Assembly: GCA_040752695.1 (NCBI GenBank)
Contig: JBFMGO010000037.1
Coordinates: forward strand, 1 to 45,129
Reading direction: 5' to 3'
Origin: a bacterium
GTDB taxonomy: Bacteria; SZUA-182; DTGQ01
Length of the DNA stretch: 45,129 nt
Shown: in pieces, positions 9,522 to 18,810 of the stretch
Numbering within the stretch: position 1 is the first letter of the stretch
Layout: each line of letters begins with the position of its first letter
The notes under the pieces: model-generated
The model's input: the letters and a program-made list of their open reading frames with translations, nothing else
What the model was told of the DNA's origin: nothing
Databases searched by the model: none
Translations under genes and position numbers: made by a program

Positions 9522-12500
9522 TCATTCTCCCACAGCCTCTTTTCTCAGTGCGAAGAGCTCTTTCAACTCGGCAGTCGAAAGTTCAGTAAGCCACCCCTCG
9601 CCGGTTCCGACCACACTCCGAGCGATATCCTTCTTGGACTCGATCATCTCGTCGATTTTTTCCTCCAGCGTTCCCACGCAGAGGAATTTATGAACCTGCA
9701 CGTTCTTGCTCTGACCAATACGAAAGGCCCGGTCAGTGGCCTGGTTCTCCACGGCCGGGTTCCACCAGCGGTCAAAGTGAAATACATGGTTGGCGCGGGT
9801 GAGGTTCAATCCTGTGCCGCCGGCCTTGAGCGAGAGGATGAAGATTGCCGGGCCGTCACCTTCGGCCTGGAACCGCTCCACCATGAGGTCTCTTTGTTTT
9901 TTGGTCACTGCGCCGTGCAAAAAGAGCACTTCCCTGCCGAAGGTTTCCTGCAGGTACCTCTTGAGGATCTGGCCCATCTCGGCAAATTGGGAAAATATCA
10001 GCGCCCGGTCACCTACATCGAGTATTTCCTCCATCATTTCGGCCAGGCGGGCCAGTTTACCCGACCGTCCCGGAATGGCCGAGTTATCGCCGAGAAACTG
10101 TGTCGGATGATTGCAGACCTGCTTGAGCTTCATCAGCGTGGACAGGACCAGGCCCTTGCGCGAGATACCCTCGGCTGATTCCAGTTCCTTTGCTGCATCT
10201 TCGGCCACGGCTGTGTAGAGCGATGCCTGCTCCCTGGTCAGGTTGCAGAAGACTTTCATTTCCATTTTTTCGGGCAGATCATCGATAATGGCCTTATCGG
10301 TCTTAAGCCGTCTCAGGATGAAAGGTCCGGTCAGGTGCCTCAGTTGCTCCATTGCCTCCGGATCGCGGTTGGCCTGGATGGGAATAAAAAAGGCTCTTTT
10401 GAACTCGGCTCTTTGGCCGAGGAAACCGGGATTTAAAAATTCCATGATGGACCACAGATCTCCTACGTTGTTCTCTACCGGTGTACCGGTGAGTGCCAGA
10501 CGATAGGGCAGGGCAGAGGATGCCTTGGACTGGTCTTTCTGCTTCCCCTTCTTTCGCCCCCGTTTTCCCTGCTTCTCCTCCTTCTCTTTTTGTTTTCCCT
10601 CGGCTGCCTGACCTTCTCTCTTTTCCCGACCGTCCTGACCGTCCTCCTGTCCGCCATGATCCCCCTGGCCGTCCTGACCCGCTTGATCTCCCAGGGAGAT
10701 TGCCCGTGCGGCCCTGGCCTGTTTGGTTTCAGGATTCTTGATATTTTGTGCCTCATCGAGGATTACTCCGGCCCAGGATACACTTTTCAGAAATTCGAAA
10801 TCCCGGTGCAAAAGGCTATAGCTCGAAATGACTATGGCCTGCTTTGCCGCTTCCCTCCTGAAGGCAGCACCCCTGGCCCTGGTCAGTCCATGGTGGACCA
10901 TAACCGGCAGGTCCGGCGTGAAGCGGCTGGCTTCCTTTTGCCAGTTGCCAACCACCGATGTAGGGCAGATCAAAAGCACTGGCCTGCGCTCGCCGTTCAA
11001 AAGCCAGTTGCGCTGGATGAGGGCCAGCGTCTGGATGGTTTTGCCCAGTCCCATATCATCGGCCAGACAAGCCCCAAGACCCCAGTGTTGCAGGAAATTC
11101 AGCCACGAATAACCCCGAACCTGATAGGGCCGTAAGGTTCCCTGAAAGCCTTCGGGCGAAGGCAATTCCTCCAGCCGGGAACGGTCTTCCAGTTGGGCCA
11201 GGAAGTCGGCTATCCAGCCGGTAGCAGTGACGCCCTCAAAAGCGATGCCGCCTTTTGGCTTTCCTGCTCCCAGGGCCATTTGGACAATTTCGTGGACCGT
11301 AGCCTCTTTTTCCGCTTTTTTCTTCCACAGATCGAGGGCAGCCTGGATCTCTTCGGCGCTCATCTGAACCCATTGTCCGCGCACCTTGACCAGCGGAGCT
11401 TTCAGTCTGGCCAGCGCCTGAAGCTCCTCAAAGGTGAGCCTTTGATCACCAAGTGCCACTTCCCAGTCAAACTGAACGATCCGCTCTAGCGATAGACCGC
11501 CGCTCGCCTGCATGGCCGGGCTCTTCACCTGAGCACGGGCAGTCAGCCGCAGTTTCGTCCCCTTGCCTGTCCACCAGGCAGGCAAAAGAACCCCAAAACC
11601 CGCCTGTTCCAGGGCCAGGGCCTTTTCGGTCAGAAATTCGTAGGCACCGGCAGCGTCAAGTTCATAGCCCCCGGGTGCGGATGCCTTGAGACTGTCCTCA
11701 ATAGCCGAAGAGAGTCCGGAAGCCTGCCCCAGTGACAGGAGCAGATATTCCCTGAAATTGAACCCTGCCTCATCGAGGACAGCATCTTTCAGGCGTCGCA
11801 GGTTTCTGGCCTTCCATACCTCCTGTGCAGGAATGAGCAGACTGGGGTCTTTGGCTGCCTGAAGCAGATAGCGCACATACCACCGGTCATTACCCTGCTG
11901 GACTGCGGACGGCGGGAGAATTTCATCTTCGATCTTGACAGCGACGGCTTCCGTGGCCGCCGCAGCCTCAAATTCGGCAGGGACAGCTTCCATGGCTCCC
12001 GCAGCTTCAGGCTCCTCGAGGCGGAAGCAGAGCCGGAAAGGAGCTGCCGCCAGGACAAAGATCTGGCGCTGCCATTCATCAATCTGGGCCGCCAACCGGG
12101 CCAGTTCCGCAGTTTCCCCCTCCATGATCCCCAAGGGAGAGCGCAGAGCGTGCAGCCACTGATCATGCATGCTGTCAAAGGCAAAAGCTTTCGCCTTCGA
12201 CTTCGCCCCTGGCTTTGGACCTGGCTTTGACTTTATGCCTCGCCCGGCTTGTTCACCTCCGTATTCACCCCAACCGGAAGACATACCGGAAGAAGACAGT
12301 ACCGAAAAGGGAAACCGCACCAGATAATCAAGAACCTGGCTGATGAATCCGGAGAGTACGGAAACTGCGGGGATTTCAGGGGGAGAGGAGACAGTGCACT
12401 CAGTCAGCGCCCGGCTCACGGCAGGCATTGCTTTGGCCATTCTGGTCAGCACTTCGTTCTCTGCCCCGCTCAGGACCGGCTTCCACAAGGCACGGTAGAC

Positions 12501-13187
12501 CCCGTCTTCTCTGGTCAGACCGGGCAGGAAATGCTGCCTGGCCACGAGTGCTCCGGCCATGCGCATGGCCGCTGTCCAGAAGGCCAGATCATGCCCGATG
12601 ATCACTCCCGGCGCCAGCGTCTGTTTGCCCGCGCAGGTGCAGAAAAGCTCAATTGCCTGACCGGTTGACATGCTGAGCACAGTAACCGGCCAGGGAGTCG
12701 GAACAGGAGGCATGGCTTTTTGGGCTGTGGTCCTGCCAGTTGATGCGGGCGGCTCGGCAATCAGTGCGCTGGAGGCTACCGGCTGATTGTCCACGGTGGG
12801 CAGCCAGGCAGTCATGGTCATGGCGCGCCCCATCACCGCACCGTGGGCATTTGCGCCGTGCTCCTTTGTTCCATGCCCCTTCGCACTACGCTCCTTCGCG
12901 CTGTGCACATTCACGCTATGCACATTCATGTCGTGCTCCTTCTGGCCGTACTCCCTGTTATCGTTCGGAGTAAAATGAATCCCTGCCTCCTGAAGTGCTT
13001 CCGACAGTTGCCCGGCTCCAGCATCAAAGGGATAAGGCAGGGCTAAGTTTTTAGCCGGCCTGCCGCGCCTCCGCTTGACTGGCTCAACCTGCTGCTGCGC
13101 AGGCACCTCACCCCAGAGCAGTATCCGGCTCTCAAGGACTGCGGTGTGTAAAATAATCATATTCTCTCCTATCCTCCATTCCTCCAT
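9522..13187 (-). CDS. SNF2-family ATP-dependent helicase (SSO1653/DUF3670 type)
   Basis: LADDMGLGKT, DEAQNIKN, LTGTPVEN, SLKAGGTGLNL, WNPAVENQATDRAFRIGQ. Start may be the second Met (13160). Confidence 0.95.
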   Translation of the reverse strand: MEEWRIGENMIILHTAVLESRILLWGEVPAQQQVEPVKRRRGRPAKNLALPYPFDAGAGQLSEALQEAGIHFTPNDNREYGQKEHDMNVHSVNVHSAKERSAKGHGTKEHGANAHGAVMGRAMTMTAWLPTVDNQPVASSALIAEPPASTGRTTAQKAMPPVPTPWPVTVLSMSTGQAIELFCTCAGKQTLAPGVIIGHDLAFWTAAMRMAGALVARQHFLPGLTREDGVYRALWKPVLSGAENEVLTRMAKAMPAVSRALTECTVSSPPEIPAVSVLSGFISQVLDYLVRFPFSVLSSSGMSSGWGEYGGEQAGRGIKSKPGPKPGAKSKAKAFAFDSMHDQWLHALRSPLGIMEGETAELARLAAQIDEWQRQIFVLAAAPFRLCFRLEEPEAAGAMEAVPAEFEAAAATEAVAVKIEDEILPPSAVQQGNDRWYVRYLLQAAKDPSLLIPAQEVWKARNLRRLKDAVLDEAGFNFREYLLLSLGQASGLSSAIEDSLKASAPGGYELDAAGAYEFLTEKALALEQAGFGVLLPAWWTGKGTKLRLTARAQVKSPAMQASGGLSLERIVQFDWEVALGDQRLTFEELQALARLKAPLVKVRGQWVQMSAEEIQAALDLWKKKAEKEATVHEIVQMALGAGKPKGGIAFEGVTATGWIADFLAQLEDRSRLEELPSPEGFQGTLRPYQVRGYSWLNFLQHWGLGACLADDMGLGKTIQTLALIQRNWLLNGERRPVLLICPTSVVGNWQKEASRFTPDLPVMVHHGLTRARGAAFRREAAKQAIVISSYSLLHRDFEFLKSVSWAGVILDEAQNIKNPETKQARAARAISLGDQAGQDGQGDHGGQEDGQDGREKREGQAAEGKQKEKEEKQGKRGRKKGKQKDQSKASSALPYRLALTGTPVENNVGDLWSIMEFLNPGFLGQRAEFKRAFFIPIQANRDPEAMEQLRHLTGPFILRRLKTDKAIIDDLPEKMEMKVFCNLTREQASLYTAVAEDAAKELESAEGISRKGLVLSTLMKLKQVCNHPTQFLGDNSAIPGRSGKLARLAEMMEEILDVGDRALIFSQFAEMGQILKRYLQETFGREVLFLHGAVTKKQRDLMVERFQAEGDGPAIFILSLKAGGTGLNLTRANHVFHFDRWWNPAVENQATDRAFRIGQSKNVQVHKFLCVGTLEEKIDEMIESKKDIARSVVGTGEGWLTELSTAELKELFALRKEAVGE

Positions 13188-13422
13188 GGCTAATATTCTA
13201 CCGTACAGCCCATTCTATGCTTTCTTAATATTTTTTTCAAGGGGTTATCCTATCCCTTCGAGAAGGGGGGAAAAGGGAAGTATTAGGGCAGACTATCTCT
13301 GCCGACGGGATCTTAGGGCAGGTCGCAAAGCACACCGGCCAGGAAATGCCCGGCCAGTCATGGAATTGAGAGTGTTTCTCGAAAATCCCCCTCACCCCTT
13401 TACACAAGGGGGAATAAAACTA

Positions 13423-14772
13423 CGCTCATGTCTAGATACCGTGAGGAGCCAATAGAGTTTGGAGTAATGAATAGAGGACATCGGAGACTCGTCGTTTCAT
13501 GTTGTGGAAGAATTCAAAGGAACTGACATACAAGTACAGGTACATCTTTCTGACTCCTCGGTATGTTCGGAGCCACTGGCGCAGGAGTGACCAGATTGCT
13601 TCCATAGTGTTTTCATGTACTTCGTTGATTCCGTCGCCATCATCATCTCTGGCATATTCCCCTTGGCTATGGCAAACAGTCTTGTGCTTAATACCTTTCT
13701 CTTCGAGCCCATTGTACCCTCCTCAATCATCTGTGTTCAGGGTAGAGCCGGGTTCCACATGTTTTTCTATCACTTCATGGCAGCTCTCCTTAGTTGCATT
13801 GGGGCAGACCTCCAAGCGGATTTCCCCACTGTCTCGCTCCACCACCCCAATCACAGGGGGCTTATCAGTTTCCGCTGTGCCTCGTCCACGCTTTTTGAGT
13901 CCTCTTTTGCGGGGATTACGATCTTTTTGTTTGATTCCCTTAGCACCGCAGATGATATATACTTCATCCGATTCGCTTATCCCTGAAAGCTTCTCTCCAG
14001 GACGATTGATCCATAACTCATCCTGCAAGAGCCGGTGCATTCTCTCTGCTGTATGGCGATTGACATCAAGTTCTTGGGCTACTGCCAAAGCACTCTTGCC
14101 CTGTCGGAACAAATCCAAAGCTACAAGCCAATGGGAGAGAGGAAGGCGAGTACCCTCAAATATCGTCTCTGACAAATCAGTCCACCAGTGCTTACATTCG
14201 CGGCAACGATACTGTTTTGTTTTTTTATCATGCCGATTGGCCCCGTCTACAGCCACCCCAATAGGGATACCATTGCCTTCAGTATGCATACTGCGCTTGG
14301 TACCACTCTTGCTGCGATCAGTTGGGTTATGCCCTGTTGCTTCACCACCCAAGGGAGCTTTGGTCATGGTGCCATCTATGGTTTGCCACTCCCAGTCCAA
14401 GCCTTTGACTTGGTCGTACTCTATCAGCCCTGCTTCCCACATCTTTTGGAATACTCCAGCCTTCTCCCACTCCTTGAATCGATCGTGGACAGTGCTGGGT
14501 GCCCCAAGACAGCGAGGCAATGCTTTCCATTGACATCCAGTACGAAGGAGGTAAAATATAGCTGTCATTGCGTGACGATCATCCATCCGAGGTCGTCCTG
14601 CCTTCTTCTTGGGCTTTGGTGGAGGAAACAAGGATTCCATCCTCTCCCACAAAATATCGGGGAGTTGATACTCGGAGGATATGCAAGTGTTCTCCATCTT
14701 TATCACTTCCTTTATATTTCATTGAGTTATCCTCTATTGTATCATACTTCCTGTTATTTTTCGGATAGCCTC
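13423..14772 (-). mobile_element. Composite degenerate IS: IS5-family 5' part fused to IS1595-family 3' part
   Basis: IS5-type end GAGGCTATCCGAAAA (minus strand from 14772) followed by TAA; at the other side cgctcatg at 13423 resembles an IS1595 (ISH4-like) end. Confidence 0.75.
13432..14706 (-). pseudogene. Chimeric IS5/IS1595 transposase pseudogene with in-frame TGA at 13723-13725
   Basis: N-terminus LPDILWERMESLFP...LRTGCQWKALP...IDGTM...GTKRS...GANRHD is IS5-like; it switches to YRCRECKHWW...ESDEVY...LNTDD* and continues in the same frame GGYNGL...HSQGEYARDDDGDGINEVHENTMEAIWSLLRQWLRTYRGV to a stop at 13432 (IS1595-like). Confidence 0.85.
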
Positions 14773-14775
14773 TAA

Positions 14776-14989
14776 GTACACAGCGCGCTCAATACGGCGG
14801 CTATATCGAGGTCCCTGTGCCTGCCCTTGCTCCATCGTGGGCGGCCACAGGGGGCTGCCCCTACAACAACTGGCTGTGTAATTCCTACTGCCTGTACTGC
14901 GTAATTCCTACTGCCTGTACTGCGTAATTCCTACTGCTTGTACTGCGTAATTCCTACTGCTTGTACTGCGTAATTCCTACTGCCTGTAC
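14776..14989. mobile_element. GTAC-ended MITE with amplified right end
   Basis: taa|gtacacagcgcg ... tgcctgtac|taa; ends resemble the 6277 element; contains a REP-like palindrome gggcggccacagggggctgcccctac. Confidence 0.6.
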
Positions 14990-14990
14990 T
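14877..14990. repeat. Five tandem 23-bp repeats without spacers
   Basis: gtaattcctactgc(c/t)tgtactgc x5. Confidence 0.95.
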
Positions 14991-15198
14991 AAGACCGATT
15001 GCAGGAATACCTGCTCGGTCCCGGCTTGGCCACTGAGGTATCTTCCCACGATACCGGCTGCACCTATTAACGCCACCTATTAACGCCACATGTTAACACC
15101 ACCTGTACTCAACTCACCTGTCCGGCTCATCTTCTGGATACATTTTTCCAGTTCTGGATACATTTTTCCAGCTCGTCATTACTTTTCTCCCTGAGGCA

Positions 15199-15214
15199 TG
15201 GTATCAATATTGCT
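15199..15214 (+). promoter_or_regulatory. sigma-54 promoter upstream of the GGLY-repeat genes
   Basis: tGGtatcaatattGCt: GG-N10-GC with TTGC at -12; about 570 bp before the start codon at 15788. Confidence 0.55.
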
Positions 15215-15787
15215 GGTCTTTTAAGAAGGCAGAATTGATGGGCATTCCCGAAGAATGTCGATGGCGCCGTTCATTTCTTTTCAAGTGCCCTGTTAAAAAT
15301 ATGGTGGCAGGCCCATAAAAAGCCGTCCCTATATTCTGCTTTTACCTTGTTGCAGGGGGGTGTGGGTTAGAACCCCATACCGAAGAGTCACTATGAAGTC
15401 TATCCGTAAAGCAGGTACCGGAGACCGGAGCGTTTCCGGCCTTTTCAGGTCAGGTAATTCCGGGTAGATGCGGACCAGGGTCTTCGCTTTGCGGAGATAA
15501 TGAAGGGAGGTGCATAGGTCCCGGTGTAACGGGATGAATGGTTTGGTTGCTTGATCTCATAAGCAACGCGATTTTTTAACTATTACTGAGCAGAAAGTGT
15601 TTAAACCATGGTTCTCCAGAGTAATAATTGCATTAACCTCCATTAGCTCCTTTATCGAGAGGGAATATACAGCCCTTGTGCTAAAGGGAATATACTTCCC
15701 TTTTTCTAAATGGGAGGCAGGGGGATTTTCAATTTGCTTAATGGAATGTGATGTCTGGAGAATCAGTATGAAGAGGCTAGGAGAGCG

Positions 15788-16645
15788 ATGAAAAAGAGTA
15801 TTACGAAGTTCCCTTTTCGGTTTTTCGTTATTTCTTCCCTGTTGTTGTTCACATTCACTTATATTTTGCCTCAAAGATCTGCAAATGCCTATTATGGCTA
15901 TGGTTACGGCAGCAGCCTGTATAGTGGCGGGCTCTATGGCAGCAGCTTGTATGGCGGTGGCTTATATGGCAGCAGCCTGTATGGCGGGCTCTATGGCGGT
16001 CTGTACGGTGGTGGCTTATATGGCAGCAGCCTGTATAGCGGGCTCTATGGCGGTCTGTACGGCAGCAGCCTGTATGGCGGGCTCTATGGCGGTCTGTACG
16101 GTGGTGGCTTATATGGCAGCAGCCTGTATAGCGGGCTCTATGGCGGTCTGTACGGCGGCAGCCTGTATGGAGGGCTCTATGGCGGCCTGTATGGCGGTGG
16201 CTTATATGGCAGCAGCCTCTACGGCGGTTTGTATGGCAGCAGCCTGTATGGTAGCGGGCTCTATGGCCTGGGCAGCGGTTTAAGGTATGGTCTTGCTGAG
16301 CAGGCAGGAACGTGGGAAGGACTTTGGTATTCTACGCTCGCCAGTGGACCCATAACTTTAAATATTATCCAGGATCCAGTATTAACGAGTACTATTACCG
16401 GATATGTCCAACTCATTGGTAATACCATACTGCCAGTCTTGTTGGATGTTACCGGAACGACATTGAATAATCAGGTATATCTGAACGGGTCATACGCAGG
16501 GTCCGGCGGTGCAGTTATCCTTGATATTGTTGCCACGCTTATTTCTCCCACTGAAATGCAAGGTAATTATACTCTGGGTAAGAGCGGTGCCACGGTACTT
16601 GAAACAGGGACTTTTACGGCAACCCTGACGACACCAATAATCTAA
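15788..16645 (+). CDS. Secreted Gly/Tyr/Leu-rich (GGLY/GSSLY repeat) protein with C-terminal beta domain, paralog 1
   Basis: AGGAG RBS, signal peptide ...QRSANA|YY, ~130 aa of [14 protein letters not shown] repeats, then [17 protein letters not shown] and a ~120-aa beta-rich domain. Confidence 0.88.
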   Translation: MKKSITKFPFRFFVISSLLLFTFTYILPQRSANAYYGYGYGSSLYSGGLYGSSLYGGGLYGSSLYGGLYGGLYGGGLYGSSLYSGLYGGLYGSSLYGGLYGGLYGGGLYGSSLYSGLYGGLYGGSLYGGLYGGLYGGGLYGSSLYGGLYGSSLYGSGLYGLGSGLRYGLAEQAGTWEGLWYSTLASGPITLNIIQDPVLTSTITGYVQLIGNTILPVLLDVTGTTLNNQVYLNGSYAGSGGAVILDIVATLISPTEMQGNYTLGKSGATVLETGTFTATLTTPII

Positions 16646-16730
16646 CCTGATGCCTTTTCAGCCAAGGTGAGGTTTAATTTACTTTTAACTGACTTTTAAC
16701 AGACTCTCGATAGGGTTCGGGATTGGTACG

Positions 16731-17636
16731 GTGATGAAAATGCGATTTAATGGTTCTTCTTCTCAAGCTCGGTTTTTAATTGTTGCTTCCCTGTTCTTAT
16801 GCGTCCTGGCCGCGACTCTTCCTCTGAAAAATGCTCTCGCTTACTATGGTGGTTATGGTATAGGCAGTATCTCAGGCAGTGGATCCTCTCTTGGCAGCGT
16901 CAATTACAATGGCGGCTTGTATGGCAGCAGTCTATACGGCGGCTTGTATGGCAGCCTGTATGGCGGCCTGTACGGCGGCGGACTCTACGGCAGCCTGTAC
17001 GGCGGTGGCTTGTATGGCAGCAGCCTGTACGGCGGTTTGTATGGCGGTTTGTATGGCAGCAGTCTATACGGCGGACTCTACGGCGGTTTGTATAGCGGTT
17101 TGTATGGCAGCAGTCTCTACGGCGGACTCTACGGCGGACTCTACGGCGGACTATACGGCGGTCTGTATGGTGGCGGCTTATATGGCAGCAGCCTGTATGG
17201 CGGCCTGTATGGCGGGCTCTATGGCGGCCTGTATGGCGGTTTGAGCAGCTTAAGATACGGCCTGGCCGAGCAGTTCGGGACCTGGGCAGGTACCTGGTAC
17301 AACGTTTCCACCAAGGGAGCCGTAGTCGTTGCCAATGGACCGATAACGATAAACCTTGTCCAGGACCCCGTATTACCGTCAAATGTCAGCGGGTATGTTC
17401 AGGTAGTCGGCCATCCTATCCTCCCGTCAATAGTTGATGTTACCGGCCAGATACTCAACAGTCAGATAATTCTTTCCGGAACCGGTGTCAGTGCCAGTGG
17501 TAAGAGCATTGTGCTCGATGTGGCCTGCACCCTGACTACAGCCACTGAAATGTTCGGTGATTTTACCATGATTCAAAGTTCAACCATCGTTTCAACCGGA
17601 ACCTTCACGGCGACATTGGCGCCGGTGGTTATTTAA
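16731..17636 (+). CDS. Secreted Gly/Tyr/Leu-rich (GGLY/GSSLY repeat) protein with C-terminal beta domain, paralog 2
   Basis: Signal peptide ...LKNALA|YY, same repeat chemistry, [18 protein letters not shown]-terminal domain aligns with paralog 1 (GPIT.N..QDPVL, GYVQ..G..ILP...[17 protein letters not shown]). Confidence 0.88.
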   Translation: MMKMRFNGSSSQARFLIVASLFLCVLAATLPLKNALAYYGGYGIGSISGSGSSLGSVNYNGGLYGSSLYGGLYGSLYGGLYGGGLYGSLYGGGLYGSSLYGGLYGGLYGSSLYGGLYGGLYSGLYGSSLYGGLYGGLYGGLYGGLYGGGLYGSSLYGGLYGGLYGGLYGGLSSLRYGLAEQFGTWAGTWYNVSTKGAVVVANGPITINLVQDPVLPSNVSGYVQVVGHPILPSIVDVTGQILNSQIILSGTGVSASGKSIVLDVACTLTTATEMFGDFTMIQSSTIVSTGTFTATLAPVVI

Positions 17637-17655
17637 CTTAATCTCTCTCTTTAAC

Positions 17656-17696
17656 ATTGTCCATTCCCCTCATGCTCTCTGAGGGGAATGGACAAT
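17656..17696. terminator. Strong hairpin, likely bidirectional terminator
   Basis: attgtccattcccctca / tgaggggaatggacaat perfect 17-bp stem between convergent genes. Confidence 0.75.
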
Positions 17697-17808
17697 AAAC
17701 ATCCCCAATGGAAGCGGATCTTTCAGGCAAAGAGGATTCTTTCACGTAGAAAGGTTCTTTTATCCGGGAAGGAAAGGATCTTCCACCCGGAGAAAAAGGA
17801 CCTTCCAG

Positions 17809-18534
17809 CTAGAGGCCAGCAGGTTTCTTGCCTTTTCTCCACCATTTTTCCCATTGTACCGGATCCTCACCGAAATTCTTCCCGGTTATTTTCTTCAGTG
17901 CCTTGGCTGCGTTCTCCCTCACATCTTCCGATTCTTCATCCCTCAGTGCTGCGATCAGGGGTTCTACTGCCCGGAAATCCCTGATCTTCCCCAGTGCATC
18001 GGCAGCTTCTTCCCTCACCTCGCGGTTTTCATCCTTCAGCGCAGCAATCAACTGAACCACGGCACCAGGGTTCCTTATCTTCCCCAGTGCTTCGGCTGCA
18101 TTTTCCCGCACGTCATGGTCCTCATCCTCAAGGGCCAGGATCAGAGACTCCGTAGCCAGGTCAGACTGAATCTTGCCCAATGCTTCGGCCGCATTTTCCC
18201 TCACCCTTGGGCTTTCATCCTTCAGTGCTGTAATCAGAGGTTCCACTGCCCTGTCATCGTTCAGTTTGCCCAGTGCCTCGCATGCATCCTCCCGTACTTC
18301 AGGGTCCTGGTCGCTGAGATCGGCGATGAGGGACTCCAATGCATGCGGCTCTTCTGTTTTTTTCCCTGCCAGTTCCGTTTGTTTTTCAGGGGAAGATTTC
18401 TTCCAGAGTAAAGGGATCTTTTGCAGTAACCCCGCTTCGGCCTGTCCCTCATGAGAGCCCTCTGGTCCCGCAGTAATGCCTGCCACAGCGAAGGCTACGA
18501 TCAATAACATTAAAACTCTCCTCAGCCTTTTCAT
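17809..18534 (-). CDS. Secreted PBS-lyase-type HEAT-repeat protein
   Basis: Five LI.AL.DE...VRE.AA.ALGKI repeats, C-terminal ITGKNFGED..QWEKWW; AAGGAG RBS before MKRLRRVL at 18534; N-terminal hydrophobic segment. Confidence 0.88.
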   Translation of the reverse strand: MKRLRRVLMLLIVAFAVAGITAGPEGSHEGQAEAGLLQKIPLLWKKSSPEKQTELAGKKTEEPHALESLIADLSDQDPEVREDACEALGKLNDDRAVEPLITALKDESPRVRENAAEALGKIQSDLATESLILALEDEDHDVRENAAEALGKIRNPGAVVQLIAALKDENREVREEAADALGKIRDFRAVEPLIAALRDEESEDVRENAAKALKKITGKNFGEDPVQWEKWWRKGKKPAGL

Positions 18535-18810
18535 ATTCTGTTTCTCCTTATCCTCATTTTTCTCCAACACAACAGCACAAAGAAGCGGCTTTCTCCAACA
18601 ACGCAAAGAAGTAGCTTTCTCCAACAGCACAAAGAAGCAGCGGATAGCCGGAAAGCTCACTGATTTTACTGGCTGCTGGTCGTTTATCGGTGTGTATGTG
18701 TTCTCTTTTTCGGAAAAAAAAGGGTAAAAACGCCATGCCAAAAGGACAATATGCCGGGGAACATTGCGGGGAAAGACAGGCAGGGAGGATTATCGCATCC
18801 TGGTTCTTGG

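Noticed and set aside
10510..10695. Intein in the SNF2 helicase
   Set aside because: Too short, low complexity, and lacks N-terminal Cys/Ser and C-terminal His-Asn splice motifs.
13723..13725. TGA recoding (Trp or selenocysteine)
   Set aside because: Intact genes here (fliA, transglutaminase, mutY) end at TGA, so the code is standard; a TGG-to-TGA nonsense change in a dead transposase is simpler.
13499..14775. Long plus-strand ORFs (344 aa, 195 aa, 123 aa)
   Set aside because: Antisense to the transposase chimera, with no recognisable motifs.
14877..14990. CRISPR array
   Set aside because: The repeats are head-to-tail with no unique spacers, no cas genes are present, and the unit matches a MITE end.
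15885..17382. Cys/Met/Ala-rich and Arg-rich ORFs (MAAACMAV..., RRTGCCH...) as RiPP precursors or metallothioneins
   Set aside because: They are alternative-frame shadows of the GGLY repeats; the GGLY frame has signal peptides and a conserved C-terminal domain.
17809..18741. 310-aa extended start of the HEAT gene
   Set aside because: The extension reads through intergenic tandem repeats; RBS and signal peptide support the start at 18534.
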